Shown: piece by piece, positions 42,842 through 53,257 of the stretch
How positions within the stretch are numbered: position 1 is the first letter of the stretch
Layout of the letters: every line of letters begins with the position of its first letter
Origin: Chamaesiphon sp.
GTDB taxonomy: Bacteria; Cyanobacteriota; Cyanobacteriia; Cyanobacteriales; Chamaesiphonaceae
Assembly (NCBI GenBank): GCA_965246715.1
Contig: CBDFFH010000035.1
Coordinates: 13,893 to 77,892, forward strand
Length of the DNA: 64,000 bases
Reading direction: 5' to 3'
Program-made: the position numbers and the translations under genes
The notes under the pieces: model-generated
What the model was told of the DNA's origin: nothing
Database searches by the model: none
Seen by the model: the letters and a program-made list of their open reading frames with translations, nothing else

Positions 42842-45046
42842 ATGGCAGAAACACCTAACTTTCGATCGACGAATCTGATCCCACCACAGAATATTGAAGT
42901 TGAGGAAGCCATTTTAGGCGGGATTTTACTCGATCCGGAAGCAATCGGGCGGGTTGCCGAAAAGCTAATTCCTGAAGCATTTTATACGCCAACTCATGTC
43001 GATATTTATAAGGCAGCTTTAGCCTTAAATGGACTTGGTAAACCGACGGACTTGCTCACACTTACCGACTGGTTGATCGACCAAAAACAATTAGAAAGAA
43101 TTGGTGGACAAGCTAAATTAATTCAACTTTTAGAACGAACTGTGAGTGCGGTAAATATCGACTCACTAGCAGTTCTAGTAATGGATAAATATATCCGGCG
43201 CGAACTAATTAAAGCAGGTACAGAAGTAACTCAGCTCGGCTATGCTGCCGATCGACCGTTAGAAATCGTCCTTGACGAGTCAGAGCAACAAATATTGAAT
43301 TTAACCCAAGCCAGACCGAAGCAAGGGTTAACGCCGATTAAAGAAATCGTTACCACCACATATCAAGATATCCAAGATCGCCACGATAAAATTATCCCCC
43401 CAGGGTTGACCAGTGATTTTAGCGATCTCGATGGAATGACAGGCGGATTTCAGCGATCGGATTTAATTATTATTGCTGGTCGCCCATCAATGGGCAAGTG
43501 TTTAGTGCATGATGCAAAAATATTATTAGCAGATGGAAGTATTGTCAAAATAGCTGAGATTTATAAGCAAAAGCAAGCTGAGTTATTAACACTAGGTAGT
43601 AACTCAAAATTTCACACTACTCAACCTTCAGCTTTTATTAATGATGGTATTAAACCAGTATTCAAAGTTACAACAAGATTGGGCAGATCGATCGAGACTA
43701 CGATTACTCATCCTTATTTAACGATTCAAGGCTGGAAGCGACTTGTAGATCTTAAGGTTGGTGATAAGATTGGTATACCGAGTGTGCTACCAGTTTTTGG
43801 TTCAAAAATATTGCCAGATAGTCAATTATCAGATTGGATTAATCAAGTAGAATTATGGGGTAGTTATTGCGAGGATACACCTATCCCTTTCTATATATTC
43901 AATTTAATAAAGTCTCAAATAGGGCTATTTTTGCGTTGTTTGTTTGCTACCAATACTTGGGTGATAGTATCGCAAGAAAAAAGACATCAAATCCTTTGTC
44001 GATTGAAGACAAAAGAGATAGCTCAACAGGTTCAACACTTATTGCTAAGATTTGGAATTATAAGCTCGATCGAATTTAGTCATTCAAAGGATATAGATAT
44101 TGAATGGAAATTAAGCATAGAAGAAGATAGGTCACTCGAAATATTTGTCAATGAAATAGGAGTTTTAGGCAAAGAGTGTGAGATCGAACAATTGTCATTA
44201 TCTTTATGCAAAAACTGTTCCAAGGAAGATCGAGAACTAGGTCATATTTACTGGGATGAAATTGTCTCAATCGAGTATACCGGAGACAAACAAGTCTACG
44301 ATCTAACTATTCCCGATACTCACAACTTTGTCGCTAACGACATTTGCGTGCATAATACGGCGATCAGTCTAAATATTGCCTACAATATGGCAAGACTTCA
44401 TAAATTACCAGTACTAGTATTTAGCTTGGAAATGTCCAAGGATCAATTAGTTCAAAGATTGATTGCTAGTGAAGCTGGAGTAGATAGCAATCGCTTACGT
44501 GCTGGGCGAATCAGTCCAAATGAATGGGACTCGGTATATAAAGCAGTCGATCGGATTTCAGAGTTGCCGATCTTTATCGATGACAATGCCAGTATGATGC
44601 TGATGGAAATGCGGAGTCAAGCCCGTAAACTGCAAGCAGAACACGGCGGACAATTGGGTTTAATTATGATCGATTACCTCCAATTGATGGAAGGCGGTGG
44701 CGATAATCGCGTTCAAGAAATCTCTAAGATTACGCGCGGCTTGAAAGGATTGGCACGGGAATTGCAAGTACCATTGATCGCACTATCTCAGCTAAGCCGC
44801 AGTGTAGAAGCGAGAAATAACAAGCGTCCGATGATGTCAGATTTGCGAGAATCAGGTAGTATCGAGCAGGATGCAGATTTGATTGTCATGTTATATCGCG
44901 ATGCTTATTACAATCCCGATACACCAGATCGAGATATCACGGAACTCATTATTACCAAGCATCGAAATGGCCCAACAGGTGTAGTCAAACTAGTTTTCGA
45001 TCCAGCTTTAACTAAGTTTAAAAACTTAGCTCGTCCGATGAATTAA
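42842..45046 (+). CDS. dnaB: Replicative DNA helicase with intein
   Basis: PPQNIEVEEAILG, GRPSMGK[intein]TA, IDYLQL, SDLRESGSIEQDAD; start MAETPN. Confidence 0.96.
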   Translation: MAETPNFRSTNLIPPQNIEVEEAILGGILLDPEAIGRVAEKLIPEAFYTPTHVDIYKAALALNGLGKPTDLLTLTDWLIDQKQLERIGGQAKLIQLLERTVSAVNIDSLAVLVMDKYIRRELIKAGTEVTQLGYAADRPLEIVLDESEQQILNLTQARPKQGLTPIKEIVTTTYQDIQDRHDKIIPPGLTSDFSDLDGMTGGFQRSDLIIIAGRPSMGKCLVHDAKILLADGSIVKIAEIYKQKQAELLTLGSNSKFHTTQPSAFINDGIKPVFKVTTRLGRSIETTITHPYLTIQGWKRLVDLKVGDKIGIPSVLPVFGSKILPDSQLSDWINQVELWGSYCEDTPIPFYIFNLIKSQIGLFLRCLFATNTWVIVSQEKRHQILCRLKTKEIAQQVQHLLLRFGIISSIEFSHSKDIDIEWKLSIEEDRSLEIFVNEIGVLGKECEIEQLSLSLCKNCSKEDRELGHIYWDEIVSIEYTGDKQVYDLTIPDTHNFVANDICVHNTAISLNIAYNMARLHKLPVLVFSLEMSKDQLVQRLIASEAGVDSNRLRAGRISPNEWDSVYKAVDRISELPIFIDDNASMMLMEMRSQARKLQAEHGGQLGLIMIDYLQLMEGGGDNRVQEISKITRGLKGLARELQVPLIALSQLSRSVEARNNKRPMMSDLRESGSIEQDADLIVMLYRDAYYNPDTPDRDITELIITKHRNGPTGVVKLVFDPALTKFKNLARPMN
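43499..44356 (+). mobile_element. 286-aa intein in the DnaB Walker A motif, degenerate LAGLIDADG domain
   Basis: CLVHDAKI...TTITHPYL...VYDLTIPDTHNFVANDICVHN followed by T; AT-rich. Confidence 0.93.
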
Positions 45047-45116
45047 AGCTTGGCGGTTGAAACCGCAACTAGATAAACAAAACCTGCCTACGCAGGTTAA
45101 AAACTAAGACTATCTA

Positions 45117-45346
45117 ACGTCAGTTCTGGATAAGAAAAGTTAATTTGCTTCGTTCTAGCACCGCCCTGAACTATAAGTTCGGGCTAATAGCTCAAGTTCT
45201 CTGAAGAGAACTGCCAAATTAATTAGTTCGTTTCAACGAACTTTTGCTGTTAGCCCCAAATTCATTTGAGGGCGATGCAGAAACGAAGCTAGGAGTCATC
45301 GATTACCTACGCTAAGCGAACGGAAATCCTTAACAAGAACTCACGT
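45117..45346. mobile_element. MITE family A copy 2 (230 bp)
   Basis: Same TIRs; tatcta on both sides; inserted in a palindromic repeat (45051-45371). Confidence 0.88.
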
Positions 45347-45393
45347 TATCTAGGCGCAGTTTTAATCGCCAGCACTAATGACTGATAACTAAA

Positions 45394-46236
45394 ATGACTT
45401 TGAATATTCGCGGTAAAAATTTCAATTGGGGCGATCGCACATATATTATGGGCGTATTGAATGTGACTCCCGATAGTTTTAGCGATGGGGGAAAGTTTCA
45501 CACGGTGGATGCCGCATTAGCACAATCGGCGAAGATGGTAGCCGCAGGTGCAGATATCCTCGATATCGGGGGCGAATCGACCAAACCAGGGGCTGCACCT
45601 GTAGACGAGCAGATAGAATTAATGCGAGTTATTCCCGTAATCGAAGCTATTCGCAAGCATCCAAATATTGGCGAGATCCCGATTTCGATCGATACTACCA
45701 AAGCCGTAGTAGCCCAAGCTGCAATTTTAGCAGGTGCGGATATCGTCAATGATGTCTCTGGCGGCAAATTCGACCCGCAGATGCTGCCAACAGTCGGTCG
45801 GCTGGGGATACCCTATATCCTGATGCACATGCGCGGTACGCCAGCGACGATGTCACAGATGACCGATTATGTCGATGTCGTCGAGGAAGTGTATAACTTT
45901 TTGCAAGTACAGATCGATCGAGCCGTCGAGTGTGGAATCGATCGATCTCAGATTATTATCGATCCAGGTATTGGTTTTGCCAAAAAGTATCAGCAAAGTA
46001 TCGAGCTAATTCGGCAACTCGATCGATTTGCGACCCTAGATTTGCCGCTATTAATCGGCGTATCGCGTAAAAGTTTTATCGGTAAGATTCTCGATCGATC
46101 CGACCCGAACGAACGGTTGTGGGGCACGGCAGCCGCCTGTTGTGCGGCAGTCGCTCGGGGTGCGGATATCATGCGCGTTCATGATGTCGCCGAAATGGTC
46201 GATGTGTGTCGGGTTGCCGATGTGTTGTTTCGGTAG
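45394..46236 (+). CDS. folP: Dihydropteroate synthase
   Basis: MGVLNVTPDSFSDGG, DIGGESTKPG, DPGIGFAK, GVSRKSF. Confidence 0.96.
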   Translation: MTLNIRGKNFNWGDRTYIMGVLNVTPDSFSDGGKFHTVDAALAQSAKMVAAGADILDIGGESTKPGAAPVDEQIELMRVIPVIEAIRKHPNIGEIPISIDTTKAVVAQAAILAGADIVNDVSGGKFDPQMLPTVGRLGIPYILMHMRGTPATMSQMTDYVDVVEEVYNFLQVQIDRAVECGIDRSQIIIDPGIGFAKKYQQSIELIRQLDRFATLDLPLLIGVSRKSFIGKILDRSDPNERLWGTAAACCAAVARGADIMRVHDVAEMVDVCRVADVLFR

Positions 46237-46387
46237 TATACATGCAGGTGTTGCTGGTAACTCGTGAGTGCCAGCAAGTGGATTGCCACGGATAAAAGCG
46301 ATCGCTAGTATACTTACAGTGTGCCGGAATCGATCCCAGAGATCGACCGCCAAACCCATTTGTTAGCCACCAGTCACTCGCCACCCC

Positions 46388-47305
46388 GTGCAAACACATT
46401 CATCTCTCGCCGACGTATCTACTCCTACCGCGATAGCTCTGGGTAACTTTGATGGCATTCATCGGGGTCATTTGGAGGTAATCCAGCCCGTTCTAGACTG
46501 GCAGGACGCGGCTGTGTGGAAGACTGTGGTGACATTCGATCCGCATCCGCAAGAATATTTCACGGGACAATCGCGGCAATTATTAACACCCCAAGCCGAA
46601 CGCGCTGCAATTTTAGAGCAGTTGGGGGTTCAGCAAGTCGTATTATTGGCATTCGATCGCAAATTAACGAAATTATCTCCAGAGGAGTTTGTCGCGCAGA
46701 TTTTAGTCAGGCAGTTACAGGCGCGATTTGTGAGTGTCGGCGAAGATTTTCGCTTTGGCAATCAGCGCGCGGGTGCAGCTAGCGATTTGGTGTCGATTAC
46801 GGCAAATTATCAGATCCAGACGCGGATTGTACCGCTAGAGACAAACCAAGATACGCGGATTAGTAGTTCCCGCATTCGTGCGGCATTACTTGCTGCGGAT
46901 CTGGAGTTGGTGCGAGAATTATTAGGACGATATTACTCGCTCGTCGGTACGGTCATAAACGGTCAACAAATTGGCAGATCGATCGGCTTTCCAACTGCTA
47001 ATCTCAATTATCCGGCGGAAAAGTTTTTACCCCGTCAGGGTATCTATGCGGTGCGAGTGGATACGCTTGACGCTACTCAATTACCTGGGGTGATGAATAT
47101 CGGCAAACGCCCAACGGTAAATGGAGTGAATACGACTGTTGAAGTCCATCTGCTCGACTGGGATGGCAATCTTTACGGGCAAGAGCTTACAGTTTACCTG
47201 CATCAGTTTATTCGATCGGAACAAAAATTCCCCTCGCTCACTGCATTAACAGCACAAATTCATGCTGATTGCGATACAGCTAGAGCATTTTTTCAGATGA
47301 GTTAG
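46388..47305 (+). CDS. ribF: Riboflavin kinase / FAD synthetase
   Basis: GNFDGIHRGH, ISSSRIR, GRSIGFPTAN. Confidence 0.96.
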   Translation: MQTHSSLADVSTPTAIALGNFDGIHRGHLEVIQPVLDWQDAAVWKTVVTFDPHPQEYFTGQSRQLLTPQAERAAILEQLGVQQVVLLAFDRKLTKLSPEEFVAQILVRQLQARFVSVGEDFRFGNQRAGAASDLVSITANYQIQTRIVPLETNQDTRISSSRIRAALLAADLELVRELLGRYYSLVGTVINGQQIGRSIGFPTANLNYPAEKFLPRQGIYAVRVDTLDATQLPGVMNIGKRPTVNGVNTTVEVHLLDWDGNLYGQELTVYLHQFIRSEQKFPSLTALTAQIHADCDTARAFFQMS

Positions 47306-47402
47306 ACGGTGTTTTGGATTGCTGACATATCACCTGCCTGGTTTCCGAAATTTTCGATCGATCTAATGGATCTTTTAGAATATCCAACTTCGCCGAAAAC
47401 AT

Positions 47403-47672
47403 ATGAAAATCACAGCTATTATCGCTCTCAGTTTTGGCATCGTCACCCTGGGAGCAAGCTTACCTGCATTTGCCGAATCAGTGCAGTTTAACCAAAATAT
47501 TCCCAAGATTAAAGTAGAAGATTTCACTCGGCGGCGGACAACGGAGCCAAAAACTCAACAATGCAATATTCAATGCATTACTACTCCCTGTCCTTGTACA
47601 GATAAAATAACCGAGCGGAATGATGGTAAACAACGAGATCGCGATAATAGCAGCAATAAATTCGATCGGTAA
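47403..47672 (+). CDS. Small secreted hypothetical protein with CxxxCxxxPCPC motif
   Basis: Signal peptide ending AFA; QCNIQCITTPCPC. Confidence 0.65.
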   Translation: MKITAIIALSFGIVTLGASLPAFAESVQFNQNIPKIKVEDFTRRRTTEPKTQQCNIQCITTPCPCTDKITERNDGKQRDRDNSSNKFDR

Positions 47673-47724
47673 AAATAAGGCAATACAACTAAGCTCCTAG
47701 CTAGAGGATCGATATTTGTGCTTA

Positions 47725-47863
47725 CTCACATCTTGCACCAATACTAGAGATATTATTACTGCGGCGACGCGAGGGTACCCACAAGGGGCACCCCTACAAG
47801 TTATTTGTAGGGGTGCCCCTTGTAGGTACCGTGAAGATATACGGTAATTACTCAAGATGTGAG
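47725..47863. repeat. Element with ctcacatcttg/caagatgtgag ends enclosing an inverted REP pair (47773-47830)
   Basis: gggtacccacaaggggcacccctac / gtaggggtgccccttgtaggtacc; single related REPs near 42744 and 49667. Confidence 0.75.
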
Positions 47864-47871
47864 CTTAGCTA

Positions 47872-48109
47872 ACGTCAGTTCGGGTTAAGAAAAATTGATT
47901 TGCTCCGCTCCAGCACCGCCCTGAACTGGAAGTGTCTCGTTCCGAGAGGCTTCGCCAACGGGCTAATAACTCAAGTTCTCGTAAAGAGAACTGCCAGATC
48001 GATTAGTTCGTTTCAACGAACTTTTGCTATGAGCAACTAATTCATTTGAGGGCGGTGCAGAGACGAAGCTAGGAGTCATTGATGGGAAATCCTTATCCCG
48101 AACTGACGT
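47872..48109. mobile_element. MITE family A copy 3 (238 bp)
   Basis: Same TIRs; tagcta on both sides. Confidence 0.88.
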
Positions 48110-48125
48110 TAGCTACTCACCCAAT

Positions 48126-49622
48126 TTACGAACTACTGCGCCCACAGATCTCGGTCAAACTTTTCAAGCGCAATTGAATCGGTTCGTTGAGCACATTAGC
48201 ATCGTAGCGCCATTCCCAATTACCTTCAGCTACACCTGGAAAATTCATCCGCGCCGCACCACCCAAACCCAAGATATCTTGGAGTGGAAAGATTGCAATA
48301 CTCGCCACCGAAGACATTGCTAGCCGAATCATATCCCAATGAACGCCATCAGCACCGATACCCCCAGCGTACAACATAAATCGATCGCGTTCGCGACCGC
48401 TGAGCTTTTCATACCAACCGACAGTCGTATCGTTATCGTGAGTGCCTGTATAAACTACGAAATTGCGTCCGTAATTAAAGGGTAAGAAGGGATTGCCATT
48501 ATCCGAACCGAAGGCAAATTGGAGGACTTTCATCCCTGGGAACCCAAACCGATCTCGCAAAGCTTCGACATCGGGGGTAATTACGCCCAAATCCTCAGCT
48601 AAAATCGGTATTCGTCCCCATTTATTTTGAATCGTGGCAAACAGTTCCGCCCCTGGAGCTTTAATCCAACGTCCATTCATTGCCGTCTCTTCACCCTGTT
48701 CGACCGCCCAAAATGCTTGAAAACCGCGAAAGTGATCGACCCGAATTACATCGACTAATTTGAGTAAAGATTCAAATCTTTGAATCCACCAATTGAATTG
48801 AGTATTTGATAATTCTTCCCAGTTGTAGACTGGATTACCCCACAATTGTCCGGTTTCGCTAAAATAATCTGGTGGTACGCCAGCCATAAGTGCAGCGGCA
48901 CCAGTGTCGGGATCGAGTTCAAAAAACTCTTGATTTGCCCAGACATCCGCGCTATCGTGAGCCACATAAATCGGAATATCACCGATGATTTCGATCTCGT
49001 GTTTGTGAGCGTAGTCTTTTAACTGTCCCCACTGCTCGAAAAATTTAAACTGGACAAATTTATGGTAGGCAATTTGTTCTTTAAGACTGTTTTGCCAGTG
49101 AATTAGAGCGAGTGGCTCCCGTTTGACTAAATTTGGCTCCCACTGGGGCCAACTTTTATCTTCATGTGCTTCGCGCACCGCCATGAAAAGTGCGTAATCA
49201 TCCAACCAATGGATCTGGCTCTGACAAAAGAGATCGAAATTGGCTTTGTGTTCGGGATCGATCGTATCGTGAAAGCGCTGGTAAGCCAGATGATATAATT
49301 TAGTTTTAATCTCGATCGCTAGGTTAAAATCGACCTTATAGGTGGAAAATGTCGGCAAATGTTCCAAGTCGGATTGAGCTAACAGTCCATCCTCTAAAAG
49401 TTTAACCGGACTGATGAGTAAGGGATTGCCTGCGATCGCTGAATAACACATGTAGGGCGAGTTCCCATAACCCGTTGGCCCTAATGGTAAAATCTGCCAA
49501 TATTTCTGATTGGCATTGTGCAGGAAATCGATAAAGTCATATGCGTCTTGTCCCAAATCGCCAATCCCAAATGGGCTAGGAAGTGAAGTGGGATGGAGCA
49601 GAATTCCGCTAGAGCGAGTCAT
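48126..49622 (-). CDS. malQ: 4-alpha-glucanotransferase
   Basis: GILLHPTSLP, GVPPDYFSETGQLWGNP, RVDHFRGF, YTGTHDNDT. Confidence 0.96.
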   Translation of the reverse strand: MTRSSGILLHPTSLPSPFGIGDLGQDAYDFIDFLHNANQKYWQILPLGPTGYGNSPYMCYSAIAGNPLLISPVKLLEDGLLAQSDLEHLPTFSTYKVDFNLAIEIKTKLYHLAYQRFHDTIDPEHKANFDLFCQSQIHWLDDYALFMAVREAHEDKSWPQWEPNLVKREPLALIHWQNSLKEQIAYHKFVQFKFFEQWGQLKDYAHKHEIEIIGDIPIYVAHDSADVWANQEFFELDPDTGAAALMAGVPPDYFSETGQLWGNPVYNWEELSNTQFNWWIQRFESLLKLVDVIRVDHFRGFQAFWAVEQGEETAMNGRWIKAPGAELFATIQNKWGRIPILAEDLGVITPDVEALRDRFGFPGMKVLQFAFGSDNGNPFLPFNYGRNFVVYTGTHDNDTTVGWYEKLSGRERDRFMLYAGGIGADGVHWDMIRLAMSSVASIAIFPLQDILGLGGAARMNFPGVAEGNWEWRYDANVLNEPIQLRLKSLTEICGRSSS

Positions 49623-49797
49623 AAGTTATGAGATAGGAAGTTGGAGATGAGGGGTAGTCAAGAACTGTAGGGGTGCCCCTTGCCTACGCCGAGCGAAGCC
49701 GAGGTATGAGTAACCGAGATTTACTACCAGTTTGTAGCAAACCACTTCGGAACCCACGCCGTCCTATCGGGCACCCCTCATTGGAGGGGATTTTTAG

Positions 49798-51042
49798 CTA
49801 GAACTTGAGAACCTTCGCTACAGTCTGGACATCTTTATCACCACGGCCCGAACAATTGATGACAATTTTAGGGCTACCAGTGAGTTGCGGACACAGCGTT
49901 TCGAGATACGCGATCGCATGAGATGTTTCGAGAGCTGGTATAATTCCTTCGAGTTGCGATAATAATTGGAACGCGGTGAGCGCTTGAGCGTCAGTTACGC
50001 TGTAATACTCAGCCCGTCCTAAATCTTTGAGGTAGCTATGTTCGGGGCCGACACCAGGATAGTCCAATCCGGCACTGATCGAATGTGCTTCGGTAACTTG
50101 ACCGTCGCTATCTTGCAACAGGTAGCTCATCGCGCCATGTAAGACTCCCGGACGACCTTTGGTTAAGGTGGCAGCGTGTTTGTGGGTATCGACCCCTTCA
50201 CCCGCAGCTTCGACCCCAATTAGGCGCACGCTCTGCTCCTTCACAAATTCATGAAATAGCCCCATGGCATTGGAACCGCCACCGATACAAGCTAGCAGAA
50301 TATCTGGCAAACCGTCCCATTTTTCTACGGCTTGAGCGCGCGTCTCGACCCCAATAATCGCATGAAAATCGCGCACGATCATCGGATAAGGATGTGGGCC
50401 AGCTACAGAACCGAGGATATAATGTGTCGTCTCGACATTAGTTACCCAGTCGCGAATCGCTTCTGAAGTTGCGTCCTTGAGCGTCCCCGTTCCTGCTGCT
50501 ACCGGACGTACTTCTGCACCCAACAACCGCATCCGAAATACGTTCAGCGATTGGCGTTCCATATCTTGGACACCCATGAAGATGACACAATTCAAGCCAA
50601 ACCGAGCGCAGACGGTCGCTGTTGCGACCCCATGTTGCCCCGCTCCCGTCTCGGCAATCACCCGCTGTTTGCCCATGCGTTTGGCGAGTAATACTTGAGC
50701 CAACGCGTTATTAATCTTGTGAGCGCCAGTATGATTTAGATCTTCGCGCTTGAGGTAAATTTGGGCACCAGTGCCATCGGGACGTGCGTAATGTGCCGTC
50801 AGACGTTCGGCAAAATAGAGTGGACTGGGTCTACCCACATAGTCGCGCATCAGTCCAGCAAGTTGGTGCTGAAATTCCGGATCTTGGGTGTGATGATAAT
50901 AAGCTGCTTCCAACTCTAATAGTGCAGGCATCAACGTTTCTGGAACGTATTTCCCCCCAAACTTGCCAAACCGACCGAGGCTGTCTGGCTGTTGAAGAGA
51001 TGATTGCCGCGCTTGGTTTGGCGAGATAGGCGTTTGGGTCAT
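49798..51042 (-). CDS. trpB: Tryptophan synthase beta chain
   Basis: [33 protein letters not shown]; start MTQTP. Confidence 0.97.
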   Translation of the reverse strand: MTQTPISPNQARQSSLQQPDSLGRFGKFGGKYVPETLMPALLELEAAYYHHTQDPEFQHQLAGLMRDYVGRPSPLYFAERLTAHYARPDGTGAQIYLKREDLNHTGAHKINNALAQVLLAKRMGKQRVIAETGAGQHGVATATVCARFGLNCVIFMGVQDMERQSLNVFRMRLLGAEVRPVAAGTGTLKDATSEAIRDWVTNVETTHYILGSVAGPHPYPMIVRDFHAIIGVETRAQAVEKWDGLPDILLACIGGGSNAMGLFHEFVKEQSVRLIGVEAAGEGVDTHKHAATLTKGRPGVLHGAMSYLLQDSDGQVTEAHSISAGLDYPGVGPEHSYLKDLGRAEYYSVTDAQALTAFQLLSQLEGIIPALETSHAIAYLETLCPQLTGSPKIVINCSGRGDKDVQTVAKVLKF

Positions 51043-51302
51043 GAGGATGGCTGTAAGGAGGGGAATTAGTTGATTCTGCTGGGGAGAAGGATATTTGTTA
51101 GGACTAGCTCGATTATTATACCGTCGCTCGTCGATCGATGAATTGGCTTGGGTCGATTCTGGCACTGGCTGGTGCCAACAAGTTATCGAACTAACAAATG
51201 GTTGTAGATGCCTTTAGTTTAAATCCCTAAACGCCAAAAAGGGGAAGATCTCGATCGAAATCTCCCCCTTTTGACTTAGATTAGTATAGCTCGGACATCC
51301 GT

Positions 51303-51686
51303 TTAGTGACGATCGCGATTATTGTAGTAACCGCCCCGATCTTCGCGATGCTCGTTATGGTAAGTCGAGCCATAGGATGACTTTTGGGAATAATAGCCAT
51401 GCCGACGGTGTTTAGCTTCCCACCGCTCGCGAGCTTCGCGTTCGCGCGCTATTTCGATTTGACGGCGACGCTCTGCATCGAGACGATAATTATATTTATT
51501 GTCTTGCCGACTTTCGGTACGGTAGTCATCGCGCCGACTTTCAGTTTTTACTTGAGGATTGATAATCACTTTGACTTCAGGTTGAGAATTTCGAGTGTCG
51601 CCAATAATAATTGGAAATGCTTGAGCGGAAGGGACGATCGAAATTAAAGTAAGTAGGCCGAGTGCCAATGAGGTAAGTTTTAACAT
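51303..51686 (-). CDS. Secreted hypothetical protein with charged low-complexity tail
   Basis: Signal peptide (AQA); hairpin plus T-run downstream at ~51236-51272. Confidence 0.7.
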   Translation of the reverse strand: MLKLTSLALGLLTLISIVPSAQAFPIIIGDTRNSQPEVKVIINPQVKTESRRDDYRTESRQDNKYNYRLDAERRRQIEIAREREARERWEAKHRRHGYYSQKSSYGSTYHNEHREDRGGYYNNRDRH

Positions 51687-51938
51687 GTGTAAACGGTGGT
51701 AATTAACTCTCTTGCTAGTAGAGTATATTTTCGAGTTCGATCTGTTCCAGCAATTCAGATATATCTACCGCTAGTCATGCTGAATAATATTCAACTATGA
51801 CTTTAGTAACGATCGATCGTCATCGAGTAATATCTCCACCCAATTATTTGGAGAGGGCTGTCTTACCTCCAAACAATTCCAGAAGTCGTAAAATATAGTA
51901 GGAATAGCTCGAGTATTTCTCAAGATTCGGAGTAGATC

Positions 51939-53000
51939 GTGGACGAATTTATCGGACAAACATTACACCAGCGCTATCAAATTCGATCGCAACTGGGGAG
52001 AAAGTCTGGCAGACGTACTCTGTTGGCGTTGGATACCACTACTGAAATTCAGGTAGTAATTAAGCTGCTGATCTTCGATCGAGATTTTGATTGGCAAGAT
52101 CTCAAACTTTTCGAGCGCGAAGCCGAAACTCTCAAATCGCTCGAACATCCAGCGATACCGCGTTATTTAGATTATTTTGAATTCGAGCTATCTGAATATC
52201 GCGGTTTTGGTTTAGTCCAAACTTATATCGAGGCGATCTCGCTAGATTTAGCGACAAGTGCTGGCAGAAGATGGAGCGAAGGTGAATTGAAACAAATTGC
52301 CAAGTCTTTGCTGACAATTCTCGATTATTTACACAGTCAAAATCCGCCTGTCATCCATCGGGACATCAAACCAAGTAATATTCTAATTACCAATCGATCG
52401 AGTCATCATGCTGGGGATGTCTATCTAGTCGATTTTGGTTCGGTTCAAAGTCTCGGACATCGCGATGGTGGGACGATGACAATCGTAGGTACTTATGGTT
52501 ATATGCCGCCAGAACAATTTGGTGGCAAGGCTTTCCCCGCATCCGATCTATACAGTCTTGGTGCGACAATTATCTATCTAGTAGCAGGCAAACATCCCGC
52601 CGATCTTACTGAAGATGATGGCAAAATTTACTTTAAATCCGATTATGTCAATAAGGATTTTATTTATTGGTTGAACTGTCTGACGGAACCGATGCTGAGT
52701 CAGCGCATCCCCAGTGTTGCCGACGCACAGATGTCTTTACATCAGCCCGCACCAAGTTTGTCAAAACCAGAGCCAATACTCATCACTACCGAACCTAAAG
52801 CTATAGATAGAAATAAATTTCATAATATCGTCGTTAAAACATTTGTATCTTCGCTGTTGACGGGAATGGTAATGTGTGTGACTACGCCATTGTTAGTAAT
52901 GATATTTGGGGTATTATCGATTAGTTCTGCTTGGTTGTTGCTTGCAGTTCCCGTGATGCTACTGTTCATTTTTTCTGGAATTTTATACAAAATCGATTGA
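51939..53000 (+). CDS. Ser/Thr protein kinase with C-terminal TM helices
   Basis: VVIK, HRDIKPSN, DFG, GTYGYMPPEQ. Confidence 0.93.
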   Translation: MDEFIGQTLHQRYQIRSQLGRKSGRRTLLALDTTTEIQVVIKLLIFDRDFDWQDLKLFEREAETLKSLEHPAIPRYLDYFEFELSEYRGFGLVQTYIEAISLDLATSAGRRWSEGELKQIAKSLLTILDYLHSQNPPVIHRDIKPSNILITNRSSHHAGDVYLVDFGSVQSLGHRDGGTMTIVGTYGYMPPEQFGGKAFPASDLYSLGATIIYLVAGKHPADLTEDDGKIYFKSDYVNKDFIYWLNCLTEPMLSQRIPSVADAQMSLHQPAPSLSKPEPILITTEPKAIDRNKFHNIVVKTFVSSLLTGMVMCVTTPLLVMIFGVLSISSAWLLLAVPVMLLFIFSGILYKID

Positions 53001-53030
53001 CGCTAAATAATTAACGCTCGAGTTAAAGAT

Positions 53031-53245
53031 ATTAGCTTTGTTCTAGCACCGCCGCCGATTGAAATCGGGGCTAACGATCCGAAGTCCGCCTATCCGGACT
53101 AAGATGCCATCGGTTCGGGATAATAATACCCGATTATTTGATGAATCATACTAGATGCAGCACCGTCTGAAAGTCAGTCCGCGCAGGCGGACCTTGTAAT
53201 GTTAGCCCCGATTTTAATCGACGGCGGTGCTGGCGCGAAGCTAAC
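53031..53245. repeat. Large imperfect palindromic repeat between convergent genes
   Basis: ttagctttgttctagcaccgccg...ggggctaac / gttagcccc...cggcggtgctggcgcgaagctaa; arms resemble the MITE A interior. Confidence 0.75.
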
Positions 53246-53257
53246 ATCTCACATTAA

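Noticed and set aside
46237..46387. FMN riboswitch upstream of ribF
   Set aside because: Only one hairpin (ttgctgg...ccagcaa) and none of the conserved RFN motifs; more likely a terminator or processing stem.
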